A DNA stretch of 64,000 nucleotides, taken from contig OZ244202.1 in the NCBI GenBank assembly GCA_965216815.1, positions 1,233,762-1,297,761 of the forward strand. The letters are read 5' to 3'. The notes beneath the pieces are model-generated. The model was given only the letters and a program-made list of their open reading frames with translations. It made no database searches and had not been told where the DNA came from. Shown here one piece after another: positions 9,151 through 17,589 of the stretch. The translations under genes were made by a program, and so were the position numbers. Within the stretch, counting starts at the first letter, position 1. Each line of letters starts with the position of its first letter. The stretch comes from Acidimicrobiales bacterium (GTDB taxonomy: Bacteria; Actinomycetota; Acidimicrobiia; Acidimicrobiales; SHLQ01).

Positions 9151-9216
9151 CGCGACCCCGGTGTCAGACCAAAGTTTCACTTTCGCGACCCCGGTGTCAG
9201 ACCAAAGTTTCACTTT
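9151..9216. repeat. two perfect tandem copies of a 33-bp unit 'CGCGACCCCGGTGTCAGACCAAAGTTTCACTTT'
   Basis: Direct reading gives 9151-9183 identical to 9184-9216, with a partial copy 'cgcgaccc' at 9141-9148. It lies between convergent ctaG and serS. The second copy contains the last codons and stop of serS. Confidence 0.9.
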
Positions 9217-10465
9217 CGGGCGGGTCGAGGCGGTCGAACGCGCAGTACGGCTGAAGCACGTCCGGGACCTGTAGTGACCCGTCGGGTTGTTGGTAGTGCT
9301 CGAATAGGAACACGAGCATGCGCGCCACCGGCACCCCGGTGCCGTTGAGTGTGTGCACGAACGAGGATCCGCCGGCGGTCTTGACCCGCGTATCGAGCCT
9401 TCGCGCCGAGTAGTCGAGGTAGTTGGAGCACGACGTGATCTCGCGGTAGCGACCTTCGGACGGTAGCCACACCTCGCAGTCGAACTTCTTCGCTGCCGCG
9501 GCCCCTAGATCGCCGGCAGCGACGTTGATGACCCGGTAGGGCAGCCGGAGGTCGTCGAGGATTTCGCGTTCGATCGTCAGTAGGCGGTCGAGCTCGTCCC
9601 ACGATGAGTCAGGATCGGTGAACGAGAACATCTCGACTTTGTCGAACTGATGCACCCGGAAGATGCCCCTCGTGTCCTTGCCGTAGGTTCCGGCTTCGCG
9701 CCGAAAGCAGGTCGAGAACCCGGCATAGCGCGCCGGCAGCTCGTCGGCATCGAGGCGCTCCCCACGGTGAAGGCCCGACAGCGGGACCTCGGCGGTGCCG
9801 ACGAGAAACAAGTCGTCCTCGACCGTCTCGTACACCTGGTTGCGGTCGGTCGGGAAGAACCCGGCCTCGACCATCATCTCCTCGCGCACCAGCACGGGCG
9901 GCACGACGGGTTCGAAACCGTGGCCGATCACCTTGTCGAGCGTCCACTGCACGAGAGCGAACTCGAGTTGCACAGCACCGCCACGCAGGTAGGCGAAGCG
10001 GCTGCCGCTGTTCCTCGCGCCTCGCTCTGAGTCGACGAGACCCATCGCCTCGCCGAACTCTGCATGATCCATCGCAGGAGCGTCGATCGTGTCGCCGACG
10101 GTTTCGAGGAGCTCGAAGTCTTCTTCACCCCCGGACGGAACCGAGGGATGTGCCGGGTTCGGCACGTCGAGCACGAGCCTATCCAGCTCATCGCGCACGG
10201 CTTCGAAAGCCGCCTCGGCCTCGTTGAGTCGCTCCTTCAGCATCCCGGCTGCTTCGATCTTCGCCGGTCGGTCGTCAGGGTCGGATCGACCGATCTCCTT
10301 CGAAGCAGCGTTGGACTCCGCGCGCAGCGACTCGACCGCAGTCTGTCGCTCTCGTCGATCGGCATCGAGGGCTAGCAGTCGGTCGAGCATCGCCTCGTCG
10401 GCGCCCTTGCGGACCGCGCCGTCTCGGTACGCTGGGTCGTCACGAAGTGCTCGAAGGTCGATCAC
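9197..10465 (-). CDS. serS: seryl-tRNA synthetase
   Basis: ORF 9197..10465. N-terminal coiled-coil arm plus class II core ('FRREAG', 'RVHQFDKVE', 'GTGVPVARML'). The C-terminal 'ESETLV*' is encoded inside the 33-bp repeat. Confidence 0.95.
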   Translation of the reverse strand: MIDLRALRDDPAYRDGAVRKGADEAMLDRLLALDADRRERQTAVESLRAESNAASKEIGRSDPDDRPAKIEAAGMLKERLNEAEAAFEAVRDELDRLVLDVPNPAHPSVPSGGEEDFELLETVGDTIDAPAMDHAEFGEAMGLVDSERGARNSGSRFAYLRGGAVQLEFALVQWTLDKVIGHGFEPVVPPVLVREEMMVEAGFFPTDRNQVYETVEDDLFLVGTAEVPLSGLHRGERLDADELPARYAGFSTCFRREAGTYGKDTRGIFRVHQFDKVEMFSFTDPDSSWDELDRLLTIEREILDDLRLPYRVINVAAGDLGAAAAKKFDCEVWLPSEGRYREITSCSNYLDYSARRLDTRVKTAGGSSFVHTLNGTGVPVARMLVFLFEHYQQPDGSLQVPDVLQPYCAFDRLDPPESETLV

Positions 10466-10546
10466 GGTGCACGACGGTACCGTGCCGGCTGACCTACCGG
10501 CGGTTGTTTTGGGCCTGACACCCCGCGTAGTTCGGGTGGGGCAGCT

Positions 10547-10870
10547 TCACGCGAGCGCCCGACCCAACGCGGCGGCGGCGATGCACAGTGCAAGCGACAC
10601 GGACACATAGAGAGCAGCGGCCGATGTAGAGCGACGCGATCGGAGCTGGTAGCCGAGCAGCGAGAGCGCCGAATACGACGTGAGCGCGCCGAGAGCGCCG
10701 TACGCAACGGGCTCGGCGACCGAGGCTGTCGTGGAGTCGAGAAGGCCGACGACGAACGATCCGGCGATATTTACGGCGAGCAAGCCGACCCCGTTTGGTA
10801 GTCGGGCAGCGGCCTGCCACCGGACGAGCGCCCCGAGCGCGCCGGCGACGATAACGAGAGCCCCGGTCAC
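10547..10870 (-). CDS. crcB: fluoride channel CrcB/FEX family protein (second of pair)
   Basis: GTG at 10870 overlaps the upstream crcB stop (GTGA). This is the tail of ORF 10547..11371. A 4-TM, ~107-aa protein with 'LLAVNIAGSFVVGLL'. Confidence 0.8.
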   Translation of the reverse strand: MTGALVIVAGALGALVRWQAAARLPNGVGLLAVNIAGSFVVGLLDSTTASVAEPVAYGALGALTSYSALSLLGYQLRSRRSTSAAALYVSVSLALCIAAAALGRALA

Positions 10871-11211
10871 AGCACGACCCCGGCGCGTCGGATCGCCTCG
10901 ATCGCCAGCACTCCGGCCACCGCGGACACGAACGCGTATAGCGCTGCCTCGGTGACCATCCCCATGTGCACTAGCTCGGTGACCTCGAGCGCGAACGTAG
11001 ACACCGTCGTGAGGCCGCCGCAGAACCCGATCCCGAACGCGTCTCGGTGCCGTCGGTGGTCGAAGCGCGGTGCGACCACCACTAGCAGCGCCGTGCCGAC
11101 GACGTTGACACCGAGCGTCGGCCACGGGACCGAGGTCAGATCGATGTCGGAGAGGATCAGCCATCGGGTGAAGGCGCCGAGCGCACCTCCGAACGCGATC
11201 CACCGGTACAT
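10867..11211 (-). CDS. crcB: fluoride channel CrcB family protein (first of pair)
   Basis: ATG at 11211 within ORF 10867..11316. Motifs 'GGALGAFTRW', 'TLGVNVVGTALL', 'GFCGGLTTVSTF'. Confidence 0.85.
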   Translation of the reverse strand: MYRWIAFGGALGAFTRWLILSDIDLTSVPWPTLGVNVVGTALLVVVAPRFDHRRHRDAFGIGFCGGLTTVSTFALEVTELVHMGMVTEAALYAFVSAVAGVLAIEAIRRAGVVL

Positions 11212-11229
11212 CGGAGGCGAGCGTACCCT

Positions 11230-11871
11230 GTGGCAATGGACGTGGCCGCCGCACGCGAGCGCTTCGAAACGGAGGGCCTTTCGATCGCCGATGTCTCTCC
11301 TCACCCGATCGACCAATTCGACGCTTGGTTTTCAGCGGCCGAGGAGGTCGGCTACTTCGAGCCCGAGGCAATGATCCTTTCGACGGTCGATGCCGATGGC
11401 GTCGTCGATGCCCGCACCGTGCTGTGCCGCGGAACCGGCCCCGACGGTTTCCGCTTCTTCACCAACTATCTGAGCGCGAAGTCGATCGCGTTGGATCACT
11501 CGGACTCGGTCGCCCTGCTGTTCACCTGGGTTGAGCTACGCCGACAGATCCGCGTTGTGGGGAACGCGGCGAGGCTCGACGACGACGCCAACGACGCCTA
11601 CTTCGCATCGAGGCCACGCGGCAGCCAGATCGGCGCGTGGGCCTCACCCCAGAGCGAGGTCATCGCCGACCGAAAGGCTCTCGACAACGCCTACCGTGAG
11701 CTCGAAGAGCGATTCGCCGGCGGGTCGGTGCCCCGGCCCCCTCATTGGGGCGGCTACCTCGTGAGGCCGCGAGCGATCGAGTTCTGGCAGGGTCGCCCCA
11801 ACCGGCTCCACGATCGGGTTCGGTACCGGCTCGTCGACGACTCTTGGATCATCGAACGACTGGCGCCCTGA
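11230..11871 (+). CDS. pdxH: pyridoxamine 5'-phosphate oxidase
   Basis: ORF 11230..11871. Motifs 'EPEAMILSTVDADG', 'RQIRVVGNA', 'YFASRPRGSQIGAWASPQS', 'IEFWQGRPNRLHDR'. Confidence 0.9.
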   Translation: MAMDVAAARERFETEGLSIADVSPHPIDQFDAWFSAAEEVGYFEPEAMILSTVDADGVVDARTVLCRGTGPDGFRFFTNYLSAKSIALDHSDSVALLFTWVELRRQIRVVGNAARLDDDANDAYFASRPRGSQIGAWASPQSEVIADRKALDNAYRELEERFAGGSVPRPPHWGGYLVRPRAIEFWQGRPNRLHDRVRYRLVDDSWIIERLAP

Positions 11872-12493
11872 CCGCAGCGTCGGGCCTGTCGGTGTAATCC
11901 TCGACGGTTTCGACGATGGCGGCGATGACCTGGTCCACCTGGGCGGCGCGTGAGACGCCGGCGTGGTCGGACCAGCCCCACTCCTCGCGGTTCCAGCGCG
12001 CACCGGGCGGCAACTCGACCTGCACCCCGGCGTTGGCGGGCAGATTGACCGGATTGTCCGGATGTATGCCCCTCAACTCCGTCGGGATCGACTCGAGGTC
12101 GTCGACGACCTCGAACTCGTCACCGAGATTCGTTCGCAAACGGTCACCGAGACTCATGGCCAGGGCGCGGTTGCGGCCGCCGAGCATCACGGTTCTCAGT
12201 TGGTCGTGGCGACCGAATCCATGGATCGTCATCACGGTCTTCACGTGGGCGAAGAACCCATCCAATGCTGCCGAATCCGAGGGGTCGACGTCGGCCGACG
12301 CGATGTGCACATCGGGATCGTCGGGCAGTGCGAGCCCGTAGTACGAGGCTCCGCATGCCGCGGCTGCCTCTTTCGCGATCACGTCGGTGACCTTCTCGAG
12401 TCCGCCTCCGTGGTAGGCGCAGATGCCGAACGACGAACGGAGCTCGCTCTCCTCGGCCACATCGTTTCGGCGCAGCAGGCTACGAAGACGCAC
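11849..12493 (-). CDS. poly-gamma-glutamate hydrolase family protein (DUF867-like)
   Basis: ORF 11849..12493. 'AYHGGGLEKVTDVIAKEAA' and 'MTIHGFG' resemble the HGGGIExGT / HG motifs of this family. Confidence 0.65.
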   Translation of the reverse strand: MRLRSLLRRNDVAEESELRSSFGICAYHGGGLEKVTDVIAKEAAAACGASYYGLALPDDPDVHIASADVDPSDSAALDGFFAHVKTVMTIHGFGRHDQLRTVMLGGRNRALAMSLGDRLRTNLGDEFEVVDDLESIPTELRGIHPDNPVNLPANAGVQVELPPGARWNREEWGWSDHAGVSRAAQVDQVIAAIVETVEDYTDRPDAAVRAPVVR

Positions 12494-12555
12494 GCCCAGA
12501 CCCTAGGACGCTGGCTGCGTACCCGACACCTGCCCGTACCAGGTGTCGCTAGACA

Positions 12556-13680
12556 CTAGGACGCCGGCAGTTGTTCGGACTTAGCCGCCTCGGTTGGCCG
12601 GTTCCGGCGGAGGATCGAGGCAAGAACGAGCACCAACACCGCCACCACCGCGATCTCGAGGACCACCGCCCAACGAAGTGGGTCGGTGATCCAGTGCGCG
12701 ATTCGTTCCGGGAGCCCGGCGATGAGACGCAGGGCGGGGAGAACGATCAGCTCACCCTGGTATCCGAGCACCTCGATCGCGGCGACCCCACCTACGAACC
12801 CTCGGCTGTACAACCTGAATCGTCCGGGTTCGATCGATGGCTTCATGCCCCACAGGACGAGGCCCACGATCGCCAAGACGAGCACGAGCCCGATGTGGGT
12901 GGCACCGACATCGCTGATCCAGCCGTTGAGGTGCGCCTGGAGCTCGTCGAGACGATCCTGCACGGGGTTCGTAGTCACCCCGACCGGGTCGCGGAAAACC
13001 TGAATCTCATACCAGCCGTAGCTGACGAGATAGAGGCCGGCGACAACCAGTAGGCCACCTGAGACCCGGTTGACGTACGGCAGGAACGACCGCATCTTCT
13101 GGGCGACCGACTCGCGCGCCATCGAGAGCGAGAGGGTCAGGAAGAGCACCACTGCGCCCATGCCGGCGGCGTAGGCGAGAAAGACAGCGATGCCTTCGAA
13201 GAAGCCCTCGTCGGTGAACGAGGTCGTGATCGTGCTGAGGAAGAGCGGTGCCGTGCATCCGAACGACACGACGGCGAAGCTCACGCCGAAGAGAAACACT
13301 GACCCGAGGTTTCGCGTCTGTCCACCCTTGTTCAGGCGGGGGAGGTTGAGCCTTGGTTCGAATCCTGCCAGCATCGCGATTCCGAGCGGAACGAGCAGCA
13401 CCCCGGTGACGAGGGTCACCCACGGGAGCCGCTCCTCGATCGCCCCGGAGGTGATGATGTTGCGGGTGATGAGTCCGATGATGCCGAACACGACGACGAA
13501 GCTCGCGGTGATGACGAGACCGACGACGAGGCCTCGAAGGGTCGATGTGCGCGAGTCGCCGTCTCCGCTGTCGTCGCTGATGAAGTAGGCCAGGTAGGTA
13601 GGGAGCATCGCGAAGCCGCACGGGTTGAACGCTGCGACGAGCCCGAGCGAGAAGGGATATGCCAGTTCGACGTCGATCAC
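12556..13680 (-). CDS. ccdA: cytochrome c biogenesis thiol-disulfide transporter CcdA/DsbD family, with extra C-terminal TM region
   Basis: ORF 12556..13680. Motifs 'GLVAAFNPCGFAMLPTYLAYF' and 'VSFGCTAPLF'. Confidence 0.85.
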   Translation of the reverse strand: MIDVELAYPFSLGLVAAFNPCGFAMLPTYLAYFISDDSGDGDSRTSTLRGLVVGLVITASFVVVFGIIGLITRNIITSGAIEERLPWVTLVTGVLLVPLGIAMLAGFEPRLNLPRLNKGGQTRNLGSVFLFGVSFAVVSFGCTAPLFLSTITTSFTDEGFFEGIAVFLAYAAGMGAVVLFLTLSLSMARESVAQKMRSFLPYVNRVSGGLLVVAGLYLVSYGWYEIQVFRDPVGVTTNPVQDRLDELQAHLNGWISDVGATHIGLVLVLAIVGLVLWGMKPSIEPGRFRLYSRGFVGGVAAIEVLGYQGELIVLPALRLIAGLPERIAHWITDPLRWAVVLEIAVVAVLVLVLASILRRNRPTEAAKSEQLPAS

Positions 13681-14264
13681 AGTTCGAACACCTCGTCGAT
13701 CCTCTCGCGAAGAGCGTCGGCCGTCAGGAGCCCGGCATGACTGTCGACGAGCTGACCGTCGGCGCCGAGAAACAGCGTCGTCGGCATCGCCAGACCCTCG
13801 ATCTCGCGGAAGAACCAGCCGTCGGGATCACGTCCGAGCATGTAGGTCACGCCGGTGGTTTCGGCGAGCTCGGCGGCTGCTTCGGCGCGATCGGAGGTGT
13901 TCATGCCCACGAACGTCACGACATCGCCGACGTCGTTGTGCACCTCTTCGAAGTCGGGCATCTCCGCAATGCACGCCTGACAGGTCGAGGCCCAGAAGTT
14001 GACGATGGTCGGGGTACCCATGAGTGCCGCCAATGATGTGGAACCACCGTCGAACGTCTCGAACTCGGTAGTCAGGAAATCCGGAGTCGTGTCGTCGATC
14101 GGGGGAAGCTCGGTGGGCTCGCCAAGCTCGGCGACATCAGCGCCATCGCTGGCCGCCGAGTCGCCGTCGTCATCGTCGGTCAGCACAACGAACGCGACGA
14201 TGAGCGCGAGTAAAGCGATCGTGAACCCCGCGGTGAGCAGGGTGCGTTGGCGCCGTGTGTACAT
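13677..14264 (-). CDS. TlpA/ResA-family thioredoxin-like thiol:disulfide oxidoreductase, membrane anchored
   Basis: ORF 13677..14264. N-terminal TM segment, 'IVNFWASTCQACIAEMP' (CxxC). It overlaps the ccdA start by 4 nt. Confidence 0.85.
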   Translation of the reverse strand: MYTRRQRTLLTAGFTIALLALIVAFVVLTDDDDGDSAASDGADVAELGEPTELPPIDDTTPDFLTTEFETFDGGSTSLAALMGTPTIVNFWASTCQACIAEMPDFEEVHNDVGDVVTFVGMNTSDRAEAAAELAETTGVTYMLGRDPDGWFFREIEGLAMPTTLFLGADGQLVDSHAGLLTADALRERIDEVFEL

Positions 14265-14438
14265 CGTGATCGGTCCGCTCTCGTCGTGAGGCCAATCCTA
14301 CGGGTGAACGGAACCCCGCTGAACCCGCGCGCATTCCGGCCCGCCGCAGCAAACCTGACTCACCCTGTCGGGTCCGGCGCTTCTGCAGCACGCCGGACCC
14401 GCTTGGGTGGGGAGGCCCCTGCGGTCGGAGGCTCGCCA

Positions 14439-14461
14439 GGGGTCGTCGCACCGACGACCCC
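14439..14461 (-). terminator. hairpin downstream of the whiB7-like gene
   Basis: 'GGGGTCGTCG cac CGACGACCCC' gives a perfect 10-bp stem. It is nested in an outer CGGAGGC/GCCTCCG pairing. It lies ~45 nt after the stop at 14504. No clear U-tract. Confidence 0.45.
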
Positions 14462-14503
14462 ATCCGTTGCCTCCGACCGCCGTGTGGGGACCAGGTCCGA
14501 GTG

Positions 14504-14845
14504 TCAGCTCGCGACCGGGACTCGGACCTCGGCCGGGATGGGTACCACCGGCAGCCGGTCCTCGGGCCGCGGGACCTTGGGGGGACGGCCGCGGCGACGC
14601 TTGACGGTCAGCATGCGACCACCGAGGAAGAGCTGTCCGCCCCAGACTCCGCATGGCTCCTCACGCTCGAGCGCTCCCTGGAGGCACGGGGTGAGAACTT
14701 CGCAGCCGGCGCAAATGCTCTTGGCCGTTGCGATGTCGCCGAGATCCTCGGAGAAGAAGACCGCGGGGTCGACGTCTCCGGAGGCGCACGACGCTAGTCG
14801 CTTCCAGCTTTGCTGCTCTTCCTCGATGTCCAGACGGGAGCTCAT
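14504..14845 (-). CDS. whiB7: WhiB-family Fe-S transcription factor with C-terminal AT-hook (WhiB7/WblC type)
   Basis: ATG at 14845 within ORF 14504..15100, preceded by 'GAGAGGAGATGGGCGC'. Four Cys (C..C-x20-CAGC-x5-C), 'EPCGVWGG' and AT-hook 'RRRGRPPK'. Confidence 0.85.
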   Translation of the reverse strand: MSSRLDIEEEQQSWKRLASCASGDVDPAVFFSEDLGDIATAKSICAGCEVLTPCLQGALEREEPCGVWGGQLFLGGRMLTVKRRRGRPPKVPRPEDRLPVVPIPAEVRVPVAS

Positions 14846-14928
14846 GCGCCCATCTCCTCTCAGTGTCTGCGTGTCGGTGGTTTGTAGGTGGTCGGGTTGT
14901 TGTCGGTGTCGGTCTTGTATGGCTCGGT

Positions 14929-14965
14929 CGAAAAACGAAGAAGGCCGCCGGTTTCCCGGCGGCCC
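14929..14965 (-). terminator. intrinsic terminator/attenuator inside the whiB7 leader
   Basis: The minus strand reads 'GGCCGCCGG gaaa CCGGCGGCC' followed by 'UUCUUCGUUUUUCG'. It sits ~85 nt upstream of the whiB7 ATG and 24 nt after the candidate uORF stop. Confidence 0.55.
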
Positions 14966-14988
14966 AGAGCGGTATCGACATGTGCCTT

Positions 14989-15138
14989 TCAGCGGTGTCG
15001 TCCCTCTCCGGGCCATCGGTACACGTTCGTGGTGGGTGTCCCCGAACCGAGCCAGTTGGCTGGACCGTGCGCATGCGCGCAGGTGCGCGTCATGTTGCAC
15101 GGAGTGGCAAACATGGAGATGCGCTTTCGGCTGATCAT
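14989..15138 (-). CDS. candidate leader peptide uORF (49 codons) of the whiB7 leader
   Basis: ATG at 15138 within ORF 14989..15300 gives 'MISRKRISMFATPCNMTRTCAHAHGPANWLGSGTPTTNVYRWPGEGRHR*'. The SD is weak ('GAAGAG'). The position relative to the terminator matches known WhiB7 attenuation architecture. Confidence 0.3.
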   Translation of the reverse strand: MISRKRISMFATPCNMTRTCAHAHGPANWLGSGTPTTNVYRWPGEGRHR

Positions 15139-15197
15139 CGGTCGGTGCTCTTCGGTCGGTTTTGCTCGGCTACAACTCGACCACGCCAAACGACCCA

Positions 15198-15220
15198 CGT
15201 CAAGGGAATATTGGGAATTC
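15198..15220 (-). promoter_or_regulatory. candidate whiB7 promoter: -35 'TTGACG' immediately preceded by the AT-rich tract 'GAATTCCCAATATTCCC'
   Basis: Read on the minus strand. An AT-rich site abutting the -35 box is the arrangement used by AT-hook WhiB7 proteins for autoactivation. No -10 box was confidently identified. Confidence 0.4.
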
Positions 15221-15253
15221 GATCGAAAGGGAAACCCTCTCGCGGTGTCTGGA

Positions 15254-15406
15254 GGCCGCGCGGCTAGGTGCCTAAGCCCGAACCACATGGGGTCAGGCAC
15301 CGAGCTCAGGGCGCGCTGAGCCCAAGATCACTTCGAGCTCGGTGCCTGACTGCTGCATTGGCGCTTTCAGTCAGGCGACAGGTGGTCGCCTATCCGCTAA
15401 CGCTCC
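15254..15406 (+). repeat. ~155-bp intergenic repeat element, copy 1 (16-bp perfect internal stem 15292-15307 / 15335-15350)
   Basis: Near-identical to 37339..37494 along its whole length ('GGCCGCGCGG..GGTGCCTAAGCCCGAACCACATGGG..GTCAGGCACCGAGCTC...GAGCTCGGTGCCTGAC...GCATTGGCGCTTTCAGTCAGGCG.CAGGTGGTC..TATCCGCTAACGCTCC'). No coding potential. Confidence 0.85.
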
Positions 15407-15421
15407 TGCCGCCACCCGAAG

Positions 15422-16510
15422 CTAGGCGGCCGGGGCGTAGGTGCGCATGCCTTCGCGCTCGCTGGCGATCGTGTCACCCATGATCCGCAGGTGTTCGAGA
15501 TGCGCGTAGGTCTCGCTCTCGGCCATCTCACCCCACGAGCGCTCGCGAAACAGCCTGCGCATGTAGGCGTTGACGCTGGCCTCTCCGAGCTCGTCGGCGA
15601 GCTCGCGGAGTAGATCGAGCCGTTCCTCGTGGTGCAGCTTGATGTCGTCGGCGCGAGCGCCGAGGTCCTCGAACATCACACCGTGGGCCGGTAGCACGAG
15701 CTCGGTCTCGAACTCGTGCATGCGGTCGAGGCTCTCGAAGAAGGCGGCCAAAGGGTCTTCTTGCGGTGTGATCCCGCCGATGTGGGGTGTGATCGTGGGC
15801 AGAACGTGATCGCCGGACAGCATGATCTTGCCGATCGGGTCATAGAGGCACAGATGGTCCTCGGTGTGGCCAGGCGTGTGCACGGCGATCCACTCTCGCC
15901 GGGCGAGCGTGATCACCTGCGAGTCATCGAGCTTGGTCGTCGGCGCCGGCAGCCGGAACGACGACATGGCGGTCGAACCCGATTCGCGGAATCGCTCCAG
16001 AGCGACGTCGGGAGGGGAAAACTTGTTGCCCCACGGTGTCTCGCGCTGGAAGAGCTCCCGCAGCTCGTCGATGCTCATGTTGCGTGGTTCGAGAGAATCG
16101 AAATCGAGGTTCTCACGCCACTCGCGCCGCGATGCCTCGTCGCGAAACCAGCTGTGGGTTATGAGCCCGACCTCGCGATCAAGGTCGTTGGCGATCTGGT
16201 GGTACCCGCCGAAATGGTCGGGGTGGGAGTGGGTGACGACCACCGTGTGAACGTTCGAGGCCTTGGCGCCGTAGTCGGCGAGCCTCTCGCGAAGCGCGGC
16301 GTACGAATGGTCGTGCGGGAGACCCGGGTCGACGAGGGCCAGGCCGTGCTCGTCTTCGAGGATGTAGCAGTTCACGTGACCGAGCCCTGGCATGTCGACC
16401 GGCAACTGCATGCGTGCGATGCCGGGCGCAACCTCGACTATGTCGGTGGTAGCCGAGGCCTGTTCGCTCTTGGGTGGCCGGGAATCCTCGGCCCGATTTG
16501 GGTTCGTCAT
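15422..16510 (-). CDS. MBL-fold metallo-hydrolase
   Basis: ATG at 16510 overlaps the orn stop (ATGA); within ORF 15422..16765. Motif 'VVVTHSHPDHFGG' (HxHxDH). Confidence 0.8.
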   Translation of the reverse strand: MTNPNRAEDSRPPKSEQASATTDIVEVAPGIARMQLPVDMPGLGHVNCYILEDEHGLALVDPGLPHDHSYAALRERLADYGAKASNVHTVVVTHSHPDHFGGYHQIANDLDREVGLITHSWFRDEASRREWRENLDFDSLEPRNMSIDELRELFQRETPWGNKFSPPDVALERFRESGSTAMSSFRLPAPTTKLDDSQVITLARREWIAVHTPGHTEDHLCLYDPIGKIMLSGDHVLPTITPHIGGITPQEDPLAAFFESLDRMHEFETELVLPAHGVMFEDLGARADDIKLHHEERLDLLRELADELGEASVNAYMRRLFRERSWGEMAESETYAHLEHLRIMGDTIASEREGMRTYAPAA

Positions 16511-17061
16511 GTCGAGGTCTCGGCCTCGGCGGTGTTGAGCAGCCGGGAGCGGTAGTACCGCAGCTCTTCGAGACTCTCGACGATGTCGTCCATGGCGCGG
16601 TGGCCTGCGGCTTTCGTCGGGGCTTCGGCGACCACTTCGGGGTGCCAGCGTCGAGCGAGCTCCTTGATGGTTGACACATCGATCGAGCGGTAGTGGAGGA
16701 AGTCCTCGATGTCGGGGAGCTGCTTTGCGAGGAACCTTCTGTCGGTTCCTATGGAGTTTCCGCACAGAGGCACCGATCGCGCCTCGTCGATGTGGGACCG
16801 AAGGAACTCGAGGGTCTCGTTACCCGCTTCCTCGAGCGTGATCTGCGAGGTACGGATCTTGTCGAGGAGCCCGCTCGATGTGTGCATCTCGACGACGACC
16901 GGCTCCATGGCATCGAGCGCGTCCTGCGGTGCACCGATGACCAGATCGGGCCCGGTGGCGATGATCTCGAGCTCATCGTCGGTGATGAGCGTCGCGATCT
17001 CGACGATGACGTCGGAGTCCGGATCGAGTCCGGTCATTTCGAGATCCATCCAGGCGAGCAT
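16507..17061 (-). CDS. orn: oligoribonuclease
   Basis: ORF 16507..17061. DEDDh exonuclease motifs 'WMDLEMTGL', '[12 protein letters not shown]', 'HRAMDDI'. Confidence 0.9.
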   Translation of the reverse strand: MLAWMDLEMTGLDPDSDVIVEIATLITDDELEIIATGPDLVIGAPQDALDAMEPVVVEMHTSSGLLDKIRTSQITLEEAGNETLEFLRSHIDEARSVPLCGNSIGTDRRFLAKQLPDIEDFLHYRSIDVSTIKELARRWHPEVVAEAPTKAAGHRAMDDIVESLEELRYYRSRLLNTAEAETST

Positions 17062-17141
17062 GGCCCGCCAGTGTACGGAGCGGGCGCGAAAGCCACTTCG
17101 ACACCCCGAACGGCCATGGCGACGGCACTAGTGTCACGGCG

Positions 17142-17576
17142 ATGAAGGTGCCCCTCAAGAAGCTCGTCGATCACGCGGTCGCCCCTGCCTACGCTCGACC
17201 AGGAGACGCGGGTGCCGATCTCGTGGCTGCTGAAGCGCTGACGCTCGGCCCCGGCGGTGGGCGCGCCCTGGTTTCGACCGGCGTCGCAATCGCGCTCCCG
17301 GAAGGTTACGCAGCCTTCGTGCAGCCGCGAAGCGGCCTGGCGCTGAAGCACGGGGTGACGTGTCTCAATACGCCGGGACTCATCGACTCCGGCTATCGCG
17401 GTGAGCTGAAGGTGCTTCTGATCAATACCGACCCCGAGCGGCCGTTCGAGGTTCAACCCGGTGAGCGCATAGCCCAGCTGGTGATCCAGCGGGTCGAGGA
17501 GGCCGAGTTCACCGTCGTCGACGACCTTCCCGACAGCGAACGCGGAGAGGGTGGGTTCGGTTCGACCGGCCGCTGA
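17142..17576 (+). CDS. dut: dUTP diphosphatase
   Basis: ORF 17142..17576. Motifs 'AGADL', '[10 protein letters not shown]', '[11 protein letters not shown]', '[10 protein letters not shown]'. Confidence 0.95.
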   Translation: MKVPLKKLVDHAVAPAYARPGDAGADLVAAEALTLGPGGGRALVSTGVAIALPEGYAAFVQPRSGLALKHGVTCLNTPGLIDSGYRGELKVLLINTDPERPFEVQPGERIAQLVIQRVEEAEFTVVDDLPDSERGEGGFGSTGR

Positions 17577-17589
17577 GCAGTTCCCTAAG

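Noticed and set aside
9141-9216. Possible CRISPR array, given the identical 33-bp direct repeats.
   Set aside because: There are only two to three abutting units with no unique spacers at this locus, and a fixed 15-bp spacer at the other. There are no cas genes, and the repeat overlaps the serS coding sequence.
10466-10546. T-box or other leader upstream of serS.
   Set aside because: The region is only ~80 nt, with one weak 6-bp stem. There is no specifier-loop or T-box sequence.
11212-11330. Fluoride riboswitch expected upstream of the crcB pair.
   Set aside because: Only 18 bp separate crcB from the divergent pdxH. The minus-strand sequence over the pdxH 5' region lacks the conserved 'GGCGAUGG...AACCGCC...CUGAUGAUGCC' elements.
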